Below the pieces are notes generated by a model. The model saw nothing but the letters and a program-made list of their open reading frames with translations. It was not told the DNA's origin and made no database searches. A stretch of DNA of 64,000 nt from an uncultured Bacillota bacterium (GTDB lineage Bacteria > Bacillota > Clostridia > Christensenellales > UBA1242): NCBI GenBank assembly GCA_938034555.1, contig CALHLT010000022.1, positions 11,372-75,371 on the forward strand. The letters run 5' to 3'. This document shows positions 21,086-30,566 of the stretch, in pieces (within the stretch, counting starts at the first letter, position 1; each line of letters begins with the position of its first letter). The position numbers and the translations under genes were made by a program.

Positions 21086-21396
21086 AAATTGTTCAAAAAG
21101 ATGAATTTGAAAAAATAATTAACGAAAGCAAACCAACAATTGTTGATTTCTTTGCAACATGGTGCGGGCCATGTAAAATGCTTTCCCCAATTTTAGAAAA
21201 AGTTGAAGAGGATTCAAAAGGCGAGTTTAACATTGTTAAAATTGACGTTGATGAAAGTTATGATGTTGCAAAAAAATATGGAATTATGAGCGTTCCAACA
21301 ATGATAATCTTCAAAGACGGAGATGAACAAGAAAAAATTGTTGGATTGCGTCAAAAAAATCAAATTGAAGATGCAGTTAGAAATTACATAGACTAA
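21082..21396 (+). CDS. trxA: thioredoxin
   Basis: WCGPCK active site in a 104-aa protein. Confidence 0.9.
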   Translation: MKIVQKDEFEKIINESKPTIVDFFATWCGPCKMLSPILEKVEEDSKGEFNIVKIDVDESYDVAKKYGIMSVPTMIIFKDGDEQEKIVGLRQKNQIEDAVRNYID

Positions 21397-21475
21397 GAAA
21401 TCATTTATCAAAATAAAACAAAACAAGCAAAAAATTTGCTTGTTTTTTAAATTATATAAGTATATAATAAATCGT

Positions 21476-22186
21476 ATGATTTTTGTGATTCTTGGAATTT
21501 TTGTTGTTTTTTTGGCTGTTGCGCTTGGAATTGCAACCTATGCAAATGCGCAACTTCAAGACACTTTTGAAAAATATAATCATGTTCCTTGCAACAAAAA
21601 AATAACAGGAGGGCAATTTGCTCTTCACATAACAAACACGCTTTTCGAAAGCCGAATTCAAGTTGGGCGAACGAAAGGTTATTTAAACGATGGATACAGT
21701 TCAAAATCGAAAATGGTTGTCCTTTCAGAAGCAACTTGCGATGTTGCAAGCGTTGCTGCGCTGACGGTTGTTGCTCATGAATTTGGACACGCAAGCCAAG
21801 ATTTAACAAACTCGAAAAAACTAAGACTTAATAAATCGCTAACTCGAACAATCAAAGTTCTTGGCTATTTTATGTTCCCGCTTGCAGTTCTTGGAATTTT
21901 CTTTTTGCTTGTTTTCCCAGAAATCCTTGCAATTGGCTTTGCGTTCTTGGGCGCATCAATTTTAATTTTCCTTTTGGCGGTTGCGTTAAAACTTTCGTGC
22001 GTGCCGCTTGAAAAAGATGCTTCAAAACGTGGTCTTAAAATAATTGAAAAAACGCAGGCTCTCGACGACGACGAACTTGAAATGGCAAAAGACCTTTTGC
22101 ATGCGGCGTTTTTAACATATGTTGGCGATTTCTTGCGCTCAATTTTATGGTGGACATTCCTAACAAGAAAAACAAAAATGTTTTAA
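21476..22186 (+). CDS. membrane zinc metallopeptidase (YugP / Zn_peptidase_2 type)
   Basis: HEFGHA motif flanked by TM helices. TATAAT ends 7 nt before ATG 21476, and the track start 21440 lies inside the promoter. Confidence 0.75.
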   Translation: MIFVILGIFVVFLAVALGIATYANAQLQDTFEKYNHVPCNKKITGGQFALHITNTLFESRIQVGRTKGYLNDGYSSKSKMVVLSEATCDVASVAALTVVAHEFGHASQDLTNSKKLRLNKSLTRTIKVLGYFMFPLAVLGIFFLLVFPEILAIGFAFLGASILIFLLAVALKLSCVPLEKDASKRGLKIIEKTQALDDDELEMAKDLLHAAFLTYVGDFLRSILWWTFLTRKTKMF

Positions 22187-22213
22187 AAATATATAAACAA
22201 AAAGAGGAAAAAT

Positions 22214-24019
22214 ATGAAAATCACAGGAAAAGAATTAAGAGAAAAATGGTTGAATTTCTATAAAAGCAAAGGACATCAAGACATTGGCGCTGTTTCGCTT
22301 ATTGGCGACGGAGAAACTGGCGTTATGTTTAATGTTGCGGGAATGCAACCTCTCATGCCATATCTTCTTGGAAAAAAACAACATGAAAAAGGGAAACGCC
22401 TTTGCAACGTTCAAGGCTGCGTTCGAACAAACGACATTGAATGCATTGGTGACGAAACTCATTTTTCTTTCTTTGAAATGATGGGAAATTGGAGCATTGG
22501 CGACTATTTCAAGAAAGAAAAAACTGCTTGGACTTTCGAACTTTTAACAAAAGAATTTGGTCTTGATAAGGACAAAATTTGCGCAACAGTTTTTGCGGGC
22601 GACCACGGTGTTCCAAAAGACATGGAAACTGCAAAATACTTGGAAGAAGTTGGCGTTCGAAAGGAAAACATATTTTTCCTTAAAGATAACTGGTGGAACT
22701 TGGAAGGAACTGTTGGAACTCCATGCGGGCCAGATAACGAATGGTTCTATCCAAAACACGATAAAAAATGCTGCGACACATGCGACATTAACTGCGAGTG
22801 CGGAAGATATGTTGAAATTGGAAACGATGTTTTCATGCAATATGAGCAACTTGAAGGCGGGAAATATCGCGAACTTGCGCAAAAGAATGTTGACACAGGT
22901 TTTGGATTTGAGCGCAACCTTGCCTTTTTAAATGGCGTTACAGACTGCTATTTAACCGACCTTTTCACACGCGCAATTGAAACAATTGAAAAGGCTTGCG
23001 GCGTTAAATATGGCGAAAACGAACAAACAACACGTGCAATAAGAATTGTTTGCGACCATGTTCGAACAACTGTTATGCTTATTGGCGACGAAAAAGGAAT
23101 TGTTCCAAGCAATGTTGGGGCTGGTTATGTCCTTCGCCGCTTAATGAGAAGAGCAATTCGCTATGTTAAACAACTTGGTGGCTCTGTTTCGCTTATGGAA
23201 GATGTTGCAAAGGTTTACATCGACGAAGTTTATAACGAAGCATATCCAAACTTAAAACTTAAACGCGAATTTATTTTGCAAGAAATTGAGAAGGAATCGA
23301 ACAAATTTGAAAAAACTCTTGAGCAAGGAATTAAGGAGTTTGATAAACTTATTTCAAATTTAACAAAGTTTGCGCCAGATGTTAAACAAATTGCTGGGAA
23401 CAAGGCTTTCCGCCTTTTCGACACGTTTGGTTTCCCTCTTGAACTCACAACTGAACTTGCAAAAGAACATGGGTTCACGGTTGACGAAGAAGGCTTTAAA
23501 AAATCATTTGAAGAACACCAAGAAAAAAGCCGTGTAAGCGTTGGAACTTTCAAAGGCGGGCTTTCCGATTCGTCCGAACAAAACGCACGCCTCCACACCG
23601 CAACACACCTTCTTTTGGCAGCGCTTAACAAGGTTCTTGGCGAGGGAATTCACCAATGCGGCTCGAACATAATCCCAGAGCGTTTGCGTTTCGATTTCAA
23701 TTTTGACAGAAAATTAACACCAGAAGAAATTACGGCTCTTGAAAACGAAGTTAACAGCCACATTAAAGAGGCAATTCCTGTTGTTTGCGAGGAAATGCCA
23801 ATTGAAAAAGCGCGCGAAAGCGGAGCAACTGGAATATTCGAAAATAAGTATGGCGAAATTGTTAAGGTCTACACAATTGGAACTGTAAGCAAGGAAATGT
23901 GCGGAGGCCCACACGCTAAAAACACAAGCGAACTTGGACATTTTAAAATTGTTAAAGAAGAGAGCAGCAGCGCCGGCGTTCGAAGAATTAAGGCAGTTAT
24001 TGAGCCAGAAAATAAATAG
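22214..24019 (+). CDS. alaS: alanine--tRNA ligase, short form lacking the C-Ala domain
   Basis: N-terminus LREKWLNFYKSKGH, class II core (VDTGFGFER), and editing-domain motifs HTATHLL and CGGPH. It ends at 601 aa. SD AGAGGA is present. Confidence 0.85.
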   Translation: MKITGKELREKWLNFYKSKGHQDIGAVSLIGDGETGVMFNVAGMQPLMPYLLGKKQHEKGKRLCNVQGCVRTNDIECIGDETHFSFFEMMGNWSIGDYFKKEKTAWTFELLTKEFGLDKDKICATVFAGDHGVPKDMETAKYLEEVGVRKENIFFLKDNWWNLEGTVGTPCGPDNEWFYPKHDKKCCDTCDINCECGRYVEIGNDVFMQYEQLEGGKYRELAQKNVDTGFGFERNLAFLNGVTDCYLTDLFTRAIETIEKACGVKYGENEQTTRAIRIVCDHVRTTVMLIGDEKGIVPSNVGAGYVLRRLMRRAIRYVKQLGGSVSLMEDVAKVYIDEVYNEAYPNLKLKREFILQEIEKESNKFEKTLEQGIKEFDKLISNLTKFAPDVKQIAGNKAFRLFDTFGFPLELTTELAKEHGFTVDEEGFKKSFEEHQEKSRVSVGTFKGGLSDSSEQNARLHTATHLLLAALNKVLGEGIHQCGSNIIPERLRFDFNFDRKLTPEEITALENEVNSHIKEAIPVVCEEMPIEKARESGATGIFENKYGEIVKVYTIGTVSKEMCGGPHAKNTSELGHFKIVKEESSSAGVRRIKAVIEPENK

Positions 24020-24087
24020 CCATTATGTTTTAAATATAAAAAAGCCGCAGTTTTTTGCGGCTTTTTATAAAAAAAAGACTTATATAA

Positions 24088-24270
24088 CTAAGCCTTTTTT
24101 TGTGTTTTAATACATTTTGTGCAAGCTCTAACAGTTTTTTCTTTTCCATCAACTTCTACTGTTGTTTGTTGAAGGTTAAGATCCCAAGTTCTGTTTGATT
24201 TTCTATTGCTATGGCTAACATTTTTGCCAGTCATTTTTCCTCTTCCACAAATTTCACAAACTTTGCTCAT
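24088..24270 (-). CDS. rpmB: 50S ribosomal protein L28
   Basis: MSKVCEICGRGKMTGKNVSHSNRKSNRTW. GGAGGA lies upstream. Confidence 0.95.
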   Translation of the reverse strand: MSKVCEICGRGKMTGKNVSHSNRKSNRTWDLNLQQTTVEVDGKEKTVRACTKCIKTQKKA

Positions 24271-24534
24271 AGGTTTCCTCCACTTAATTTTCTTAAACTA
24301 ACTGCGTAAGTTTAACATATAAAAAAGAAAAATGCAAGCAAAATTTGCTTTTAAGTTAAATAATTTTCTTCTCAATATGTTTTTATGGCTTTAGAAAAAA
24401 TTTTTTTGGATATATTTAGTTTATACAATTAAAGTTATATATGTAAATTTGCTTGAAAATTGTTGCATAAAATGAAATATTGGTGTATAGTAATTATCGT
24501 AAGATAGTGCGCTTACTTAAGGATTTTATTATAA

Positions 24535-24885
24535 ATGACGGTTGACACAAAAAACTATTATGGAAGAATAACAATTTCAGACGAAAGTATAGCAATCGTT
24601 GCAGGATATGCAGCGCTTGATTGCTATGGCGTTGTTGACCTTGTTGCTAATTCATTAAAAGACAACTTCACAGAACTTTTTAAGAAACAACCATATTCAA
24701 AAGGTGTCAAAATTTCTAATGTTGATAACAGAATTTTTATCGACATATTTTGCATTCTTAAATATGGCGTTTCGGTTAGTGCTGTTGCAGAAAGTTTGAA
24801 AAGCGCTGTCAAATATAGTGTTGAAAATTTCACGGGCATGATTGTTGACACAGTTAATGTTCATGTCGTTGGTGTCCGTGTTTAG
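24535..24885 (+). CDS. Asp23/Gls24 family envelope stress protein
   Basis: ISDESIAIVAGYAALDCYGVVDL is a typical Asp23 sequence, and the gene sits in the conserved rpmB/asp23/yloV neighbourhood. Confidence 0.85.
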   Translation: MTVDTKNYYGRITISDESIAIVAGYAALDCYGVVDLVANSLKDNFTELFKKQPYSKGVKISNVDNRIFIDIFCILKYGVSVSAVAESLKSAVKYSVENFTGMIVDTVNVHVVGVRV

Positions 24886-24905
24886 TTTATAGGTGGAAAA
24901 AATAT

Positions 24906-26540
24906 ATGCAAAAAACAATTAATGGATCGATTTTTAGAAAAATGATTATCGCAGGCGCAAGCTTGCTTGAACAAAATAAAAAACTTGTTGACGCTTTAAA
25001 CGTCTTCCCAGTTCCAGATGGCGACACGGGAACTAACATGTTTTTAACAATTAAAAATGCAACAACAGAAGTTAACAATTGCATTAATAACAGCATGGAT
25101 TCTCTTTGCGAAGCTTATGCAAAAGGTGCGCTTCGCGGGGCAAGAGGAAACAGTGGTGTTATAACTTCGCAAATTTTGAAAGGGTTAACATCTGTTCTTT
25201 CTCAAAAGCAAGAGGCAACAACAAAGGACTTTGCAAAAGCAATTCAAGAAGGCGCAAATGTTGCTTATAAAGCCGTAACAAAGCCAAAAGAAGGAACAAT
25301 TTTAACTGTTATTCGAACAATGGCAGAAGCCGCTTTGGACGCTGCAAAGAAGCATCCAGATTTTGAGGAATTTTTTGAAATTGTTCTTGATAAGGGCGAA
25401 GAAATCCTTCAAAAAACCCCAGAGATGCTTCCTGTTTTGAAAAAAGCAGGCGTTGTTGATGCTGGCGGCCGCGGGCTTATTGTTCTTTTCACGGGTTATT
25501 ATAAAGCTCTTTGCGGCGATGAAACCCTAACATTTAACTTTGACGACGCAAAACCTGTTCAATCTGTTGACGATGTTATTGCGGATATTAACAATCTTGC
25601 AGAAATTGAATTTGGATATTGCACAGAGTTTATGATTATTCATATGCTTAAAAAAACAACCGAGGCAGACATCGATAAACTCCGCGAAAAACTTATGGAA
25701 ATTGGCGATTCTGTTCTTTGCATTGGCGATTTAAGTCTTGTTAAAGTTCATGTCCACACAAACAACCCAAACCGCGCTCTTGGCTATGCTCTTGAACTTG
25801 GCGAAATTTGGAACATTAAAATTGAAAACATGCGCGAGCAAAACCGTGAACTTAAAAAGAACATGAAAAAAGTTGAAGAACTTAAACCAATGGGAATGGT
25901 TGCTGTTGCTCCTGGCGACGGGCTTGCAAACTTGTTCACAGATTTAACTGTTGACCAAATTATTGCAGGCGGGCAAACAATGAACCCAAGCGCAGCCGAT
26001 ATTGCAAATGCGGCAGCAAAAGTTCAAGCGGAAAATGTTTTTGTTTTCCCAAATAATAAGAACATTATTTTAGCAGCCGAACAGGCAAAAGGATTAACCG
26101 ACCGCAAGCTTCACGTTGTTCCAACGCGCAATGTTCCAGAGGGAATTGCGGCATCTCTTGCTTTCAACCCAGAAGCAAGCGCGGAAGAAAACTTGGAAGC
26201 AATGACAACAGCGATTGAGTGCGTTAAATCAGGTTCTGTAACATATGCAGTTCGTGCAACACACGTTGACGGTTTCGACCTTTCTGTTGGCGAAATTATT
26301 GGTCTTGACGACAAAGCAATTTTGGCAAAAGGCTCTGATGTTCAAAAAACAACCGAAGAATTGGTTGAAAAACTTTTAACCGAGGACAGTGTTAATATAA
26401 CACTTTTCTATGGCGAAGATATCAACGAAGATGATGCCGAAAAATTGCGCGCATCTTTGGAAGAAAAATATCCAGAGTGCGAAGTTACGGCAATTTACGG
26501 GGGGCAACCAGTTTACTACTATATAATTTCCGTTGAATAG
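24906..26540 (+). CDS. DAK2 domain-containing protein (YloV-like)
   Basis: DAK2 motif PDGDTGTNM with a YloV-type C-terminal half. SD GGTGGA is present. Confidence 0.85.
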   Translation: MQKTINGSIFRKMIIAGASLLEQNKKLVDALNVFPVPDGDTGTNMFLTIKNATTEVNNCINNSMDSLCEAYAKGALRGARGNSGVITSQILKGLTSVLSQKQEATTKDFAKAIQEGANVAYKAVTKPKEGTILTVIRTMAEAALDAAKKHPDFEEFFEIVLDKGEEILQKTPEMLPVLKKAGVVDAGGRGLIVLFTGYYKALCGDETLTFNFDDAKPVQSVDDVIADINNLAEIEFGYCTEFMIIHMLKKTTEADIDKLREKLMEIGDSVLCIGDLSLVKVHVHTNNPNRALGYALELGEIWNIKIENMREQNRELKKNMKKVEELKPMGMVAVAPGDGLANLFTDLTVDQIIAGGQTMNPSAADIANAAAKVQAENVFVFPNNKNIILAAEQAKGLTDRKLHVVPTRNVPEGIAASLAFNPEASAEENLEAMTTAIECVKSGSVTYAVRATHVDGFDLSVGEIIGLDDKAILAKGSDVQKTTEELVEKLLTEDSVNITLFYGEDINEDDAEKLRASLEEKYPECEVTAIYGGQPVYYYIISVE

Positions 26541-26549
26541 GAGGAGAGT

Positions 26550-27056
26550 ATGTCTTATCCAGATTCAGTTTGGTCAATCAACGATGCATTTTCAGCAATT
26601 GCAAATAATGATGTTGCTCGGCTTAAAAAGTCAATTAGAGAAGGTCAAATCGACATCAATCAAGAAAATGAGTTTGGTGAAACTCTTCTTGGAACTGCAA
26701 TTTGGCTTAAAAACTTTGAAGCAGTTAAGTTTCTTTGTTCTCTTAAAGAAATTAACGTTAACAAAAAAACAACTTTCTATTTAGGGGAGGACGCCAGCGA
26801 GCCTTATGTTGAAGTTTCTCCGCTTGAACTTGCGGCGTGTATTTTGCCAAAAATTTGTTATAAGTCAAATGCTTTTTTAGATTTAAAAACAAAACAGATG
26901 TGCGCAGAACTTGTTAAAAGAAATGCAAAAATGCCACTTGAAAAATATAAGAAAGACGGCCGATATTTCGATTGTTTAAGAGATTTGCGCGAGGTTGTTA
27001 ATTCGGTTAAAACAACTAAAAACAAAAATGTAAATTCAAAAACTTTTGAAGCTTAA
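26550..27056 (+). CDS. ankyrin-repeat-like protein
   Basis: NEFGETLLGTAIWLKNFEAVKFLCSLKEINVN resembles an ANK repeat. A strong SD GGAGGAG precedes it, and it is co-oriented directly after yloV. Confidence 0.45.
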   Translation: MSYPDSVWSINDAFSAIANNDVARLKKSIREGQIDINQENEFGETLLGTAIWLKNFEAVKFLCSLKEINVNKKTTFYLGEDASEPYVEVSPLELAACILPKICYKSNAFLDLKTKQMCAELVKRNAKMPLEKYKKDGRYFDCLRDLREVVNSVKTTKNKNVNSKTFEA

Positions 27057-27113
27057 AAAATAAAAAACAGTCTTGATTTTAAGACTGTTTTTTTTGTTTA
27101 TTTTAACTAAATT

Positions 27114-28310
27114 TTATTGATGTTCTTTATCGTCTTTCAAAAGCTCTTTAATAACTTCCTCAATCTTGTCCATTGCTTCGTCAAGCTGCTCTTTTGTGTG
27201 GGTTGCTGTGAATGAAGTTCTTAAAATGCTTTGTCCAACAGGAACAGCAGGGGAAATAACTGGGTTAACATAAACTCCTTTTTCCATAAGCATTTTGCAA
27301 GCTTTAAATGAGTTCTCATCGGTGTATGTCCAAATTGCAACAATTGGGGCATTTCCTGGGATGAACTTAACGCCGCGTTTTGTTAATCCTTCGCGGAAAT
27401 AGTTTCCGTTTTCTTCCAAGCGTTTAACTCTTTCTGGTTCGCGTTTCAAAATTTCAAGCGATTTTCTTGCGCATGCAACACTTGCTGGGGTTATGCTTGC
27501 GCTGAAAATGAAAGGGCGGGAATTGTGGCGAATATAGTTTGCAACGCGTTCGGAACATGCGCAGTAGCCGCCAAGAGATGCAAGCGATTTGCTGAATGTT
27601 CCCATAATGATGTCAACTTCGTTTTCAAGGTTATAGTAGGATGCAGTTCCGCGTCCGCCTTCGCCAATAACGCCAAGACCATGGGCGTCGTCAACCATAA
27701 CTCTTGCGCCATATTTTCTTGCAAGTTTAACAATCTCTGGAAGTTTGCAAATTTCGCCGCTCATTGAGAAAACGCCGTCGGTCACAATCAAAATTCCCTT
27801 GTCTTCGCCAACAGAGGCAAGTTGACGTTCAAGGTCTTCCATATCGTTGTGTTCATATCTTAAAAGACGGGCATAGGAAAGTTTGCAGCCGTCGTAGATG
27901 CTTGCGTGGTTTTCCTTGTCGGAAATGATAACGTCGTTTCTTCCTGCAATGCAGCTTATAATTCCAAGGTTGCTTTGGAAACCTGTTGAGAAAGTTACGC
28001 AAGCTTCTTTATGTAAAAATTCGGCAAGTTCTTTTTCAAGCATAACATGGGAATCGAGAGTTCCGTTAAGAAATCTTGAACCGGAGCAGCCGCTTCCATA
28101 TTTTTCAAGCGCTTCAACGCCTGCTTTAATAACTTCTTTGTTTGATGTTAAACCAAGATAGTTGTTTGAACCAATCATAATTGTTCTTTTCCCTTCCATT
28201 TGAACAACGGTGTCTTGTCCGCTTGTAAGCTGATGGAAATATGGGTATAAATCAATTGCTTTAAGGTCTTCAATTCGAGTGTAGTCCTCACATTTTTTAA
28301 ATAAATCCAT
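27114..28310 (-). CDS. PLP-dependent alpha-oxoamine synthase, serine palmitoyltransferase-like
   Basis: NNYLGL, GSGCSGSRFLNGT, ENHASIYDGC, and the PLP lysine in GTFSKSLASLGGY. The GSR-LNGT and FSKS forms resemble the remembered SPT more than Kbl or BioF. Confidence 0.8.
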   Translation of the reverse strand: MDLFKKCEDYTRIEDLKAIDLYPYFHQLTSGQDTVVQMEGKRTIMIGSNNYLGLTSNKEVIKAGVEALEKYGSGCSGSRFLNGTLDSHVMLEKELAEFLHKEACVTFSTGFQSNLGIISCIAGRNDVIISDKENHASIYDGCKLSYARLLRYEHNDMEDLERQLASVGEDKGILIVTDGVFSMSGEICKLPEIVKLARKYGARVMVDDAHGLGVIGEGGRGTASYYNLENEVDIIMGTFSKSLASLGGYCACSERVANYIRHNSRPFIFSASITPASVACARKSLEILKREPERVKRLEENGNYFREGLTKRGVKFIPGNAPIVAIWTYTDENSFKACKMLMEKGVYVNPVISPAVPVGQSILRTSFTATHTKEQLDEAMDKIEEVIKELLKDDKEHQ

Positions 28311-28365
28311 TTGTTTCTCCTTTAATTTGTAATTTTTATTATACTCCCATATTTTTCATTTCGCA

Positions 28366-28393
28366 AACAAATAATCGAACAAATTTATTTGTT
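28366..28393. promoter_or_regulatory. perfect 9-bp inverted repeat overlapping the pgk -35 box
   Basis: AACAAATAA (28366-28374), 10 nt, TTATTTGTT (28385-28393). The pgk promoter reads TTGTTA (28389-28394), 17 nt, TGaTAAAAT (28409-28417). Confidence 0.45.
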
Positions 28394-28441
28394 AATTTTC
28401 AAGTTAAATGATAAAATAAATTTAAGTTTAGGGGGAAAATT

Positions 28442-29626
28442 ATGAAAAGAATGCTAACAGATATCAATATGAAAGGAAAGACTGTTCTTTTAAGAGCAGA
28501 TTTTAATGTTCCACTTGATGAATTTGGAAATATCACAGATGACACACGAATTTATGAGGAACTTCCAACAATTCGTTATATTTTAAAACAAGGAGCAAAA
28601 CTTATAATTTGTTCGCATCTTGGGCGACCAAAAGGCGAGTTTAATCAAACATATTCAATGTTTCCTGTTGCGCAACAACTTATTAAATACTTAATTAATA
28701 AAGTTCATTTCGCAGTTGACGTTGTTGGGCCTGATGCAATTCAAAAAGCAAAAGAACTTAAAGAAGGCGAAGTTTTGGTTCTTGAAAACTTGCGTTTCCA
28801 TAAAGAAGAAGAGGCAAACGACCTTTATTTTGCAAAAAAACTTGCAAGCATGGCAGATATTTATATTGACGACGCATTTGGAACAATTCACCGCAAACAT
28901 GCGTCAATCCACCGTGTTGCAAAACTCCTTCCAAACAATGGAATGGGTTTCTTAATGGGAAAAGAAATTAACACAATTGAAAAAGCAATGCAAAATCCAG
29001 ACCGTCCGTTTATTGCAATTTTAGGGGGCGCAAAGGTTGCCGATAAAATTGGCGTTGTTGAAAACTTAATGGAAAAAGCAGATTGTGTTTTAATTGGCGG
29101 GGCAATGTCGTTCACATTTCTTAAAGCAGAGGGTGTTAATGTTGGAACGTCAATTGTTGACGAGAAGAGCCTTGAACTTGCAAAAGGAATTTTAGACAAG
29201 GCAAAAGCGGAAGGAAAACAAATTATTCTTCCAGTTGATGTTGCCGTAAGCACAAATTACAGCCCAAATTCAAAAGCAAGATTCTGCAAAATTGAAAGCA
29301 TCCCAGAAAACTATATGGGGCTCGACATTGGGCCAAGAACAATCAAACTTTTTAAACAAAAAATTAAAGAAGCAAAAACAATCATTTGGAACGGGCCAAT
29401 GGGAGTTTTTGAGTTTCCAGAGTTTGCTGCTGGAACCTATCAAGTTGCAAAAGCAATTTCAAAAAACAAAGGTTTAACAATTGTTGGCGGAGGCGACACG
29501 GTTGCTGCTGTTAAACTTTATAAACTCTCGAAAAAGATATCTCATATTTCAACCGGAGGCGGGGCAACGCTTGCTCTTCTAGAAGGAGCAGAACTTCCAG
29601 GATATGATGCTTTAACCGATGTTTAA
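28442..29626 (+). CDS. pgk: phosphoglycerate kinase
   Basis: RADFNVPL N-terminus, STGGGA near the C-terminus, and typical length. Confidence 0.95.
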   Translation: MKRMLTDINMKGKTVLLRADFNVPLDEFGNITDDTRIYEELPTIRYILKQGAKLIICSHLGRPKGEFNQTYSMFPVAQQLIKYLINKVHFAVDVVGPDAIQKAKELKEGEVLVLENLRFHKEEEANDLYFAKKLASMADIYIDDAFGTIHRKHASIHRVAKLLPNNGMGFLMGKEINTIEKAMQNPDRPFIAILGGAKVADKIGVVENLMEKADCVLIGGAMSFTFLKAEGVNVGTSIVDEKSLELAKGILDKAKAEGKQIILPVDVAVSTNYSPNSKARFCKIESIPENYMGLDIGPRTIKLFKQKIKEAKTIIWNGPMGVFEFPEFAAGTYQVAKAISKNKGLTIVGGGDTVAAVKLYKLSKKISHISTGGGATLALLEGAELPGYDALTDV

Positions 29627-29646
29627 ATAAAAGCGAGGGCGAAAAA

Positions 29647-30387
29647 ATGAAAGACCTTATCATCTCAAATTTTAAAATGTTCAAAACAAATTTTGAAACG
29701 CTTGAATATATTTCGGCGCTTAACAAACTTTTGCCAAAACAACTTCCATGCAAAATTGGAATTTGCTTGCCATACACATCGCTTTATCTTGGCGAAAATT
29801 TCGACGAAAGAATTGTTCTTGGCGCGCAAAATATGCATGAAGACGAATGCGGAAATTTCACGGGCGAAATTTCGGTTAACATGCTTAAAGATTTTAATGT
29901 TAAGTTTGTTTTGCTTGGCCACAGCGAACGAAGAAAACTTTATGGCGAAACAAATTCAAGAATTAACAAGAAAATTAAAACTGCGCTTCGACATGGAATG
30001 AAAGTTGTTCTTTGCGTTGGCGAAACGCGGGCGCAACGCAACGCAAAAATGACGCAAAGTGTTTTAACAAAGCAAATTGAAGAAGCGCTCGTTGGAATTT
30101 ATGAAAACGAACTTAGCAGCATAATAATTGCTTATGAACCTGTTTGGGCGGTTGGAACGGGAATTGTTGCGCCAATAACTGATATAACAAACGCATCAAA
30201 AACAATTCGAAAAATAATTGCTTCGCACTATTCGAATTCTGCGGCAGAAAATCAACAAATCATTTATGGCGGAAGCCTAACATCCCAAACTTCAAAACAA
30301 GTTTTTAAAAACAAAGAAATTTGCGGCGCTCTTGTTGGCGGGGCTAGTTTAGACCCAAAAGAGTTTGTTAAAATCATAACCGGCTAA
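29647..30387 (+). CDS. tpiA: triosephosphate isomerase
   Basis: GHSERR and AYEPVWAVGTG motifs. It follows pgk. Confidence 0.95.
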   Translation: MKDLIISNFKMFKTNFETLEYISALNKLLPKQLPCKIGICLPYTSLYLGENFDERIVLGAQNMHEDECGNFTGEISVNMLKDFNVKFVLLGHSERRKLYGETNSRINKKIKTALRHGMKVVLCVGETRAQRNAKMTQSVLTKQIEEALVGIYENELSSIIIAYEPVWAVGTGIVAPITDITNASKTIRKIIASHYSNSAAENQQIIYGGSLTSQTSKQVFKNKEICGALVGGASLDPKEFVKIITG

Positions 30388-30434
30388 TTTTGTTTGCATT
30401 TTGTGTTTTTTATGATACAATATGCAAAGGAATT

Positions 30435-30510
30435 GGGCAGTTAACTCAGTTGGTAGAGTGTTTCTTTGACGTGGAAAAAGTCAGGAGTTCGAGTCTCTTA
30501 CTGCCCACCA
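30435..30510 (+). tRNA. tRNA-Val (anticodon GAC), CCA encoded
   Basis: A hand-folded cloverleaf: acceptor GGGCAGT/ACTGCCC, D stem ACTC/GAGT, anticodon loop TTGACGT, T arm AGGAG-TTCGAGT-CTCTT. Confidence 0.9.
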
Positions 30511-30518
30511 TATAAACA

Positions 30519-30548
30519 AAAAAGTCTTTTTAATAAGACTTTTTTTTT
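30519..30548 (+). terminator. intrinsic terminator after tRNA-Val
   Basis: AAAAGTCTT / AAGACTTTT stem followed by a T8 run. Confidence 0.8.
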
Positions 30549-30566
30549 AGCATTTTAATCAAAAAA

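Noticed and set aside
24271-24534. Weak hairpin plus T-run (about 24340-24358, minus strand) in the rpmB upstream region, as a ribosomal-protein leader or attenuator.
   Set aside because: The stem is only 5-6 AT-rich bp, promoter placement is ambiguous, and I know of no L28 leader motif.
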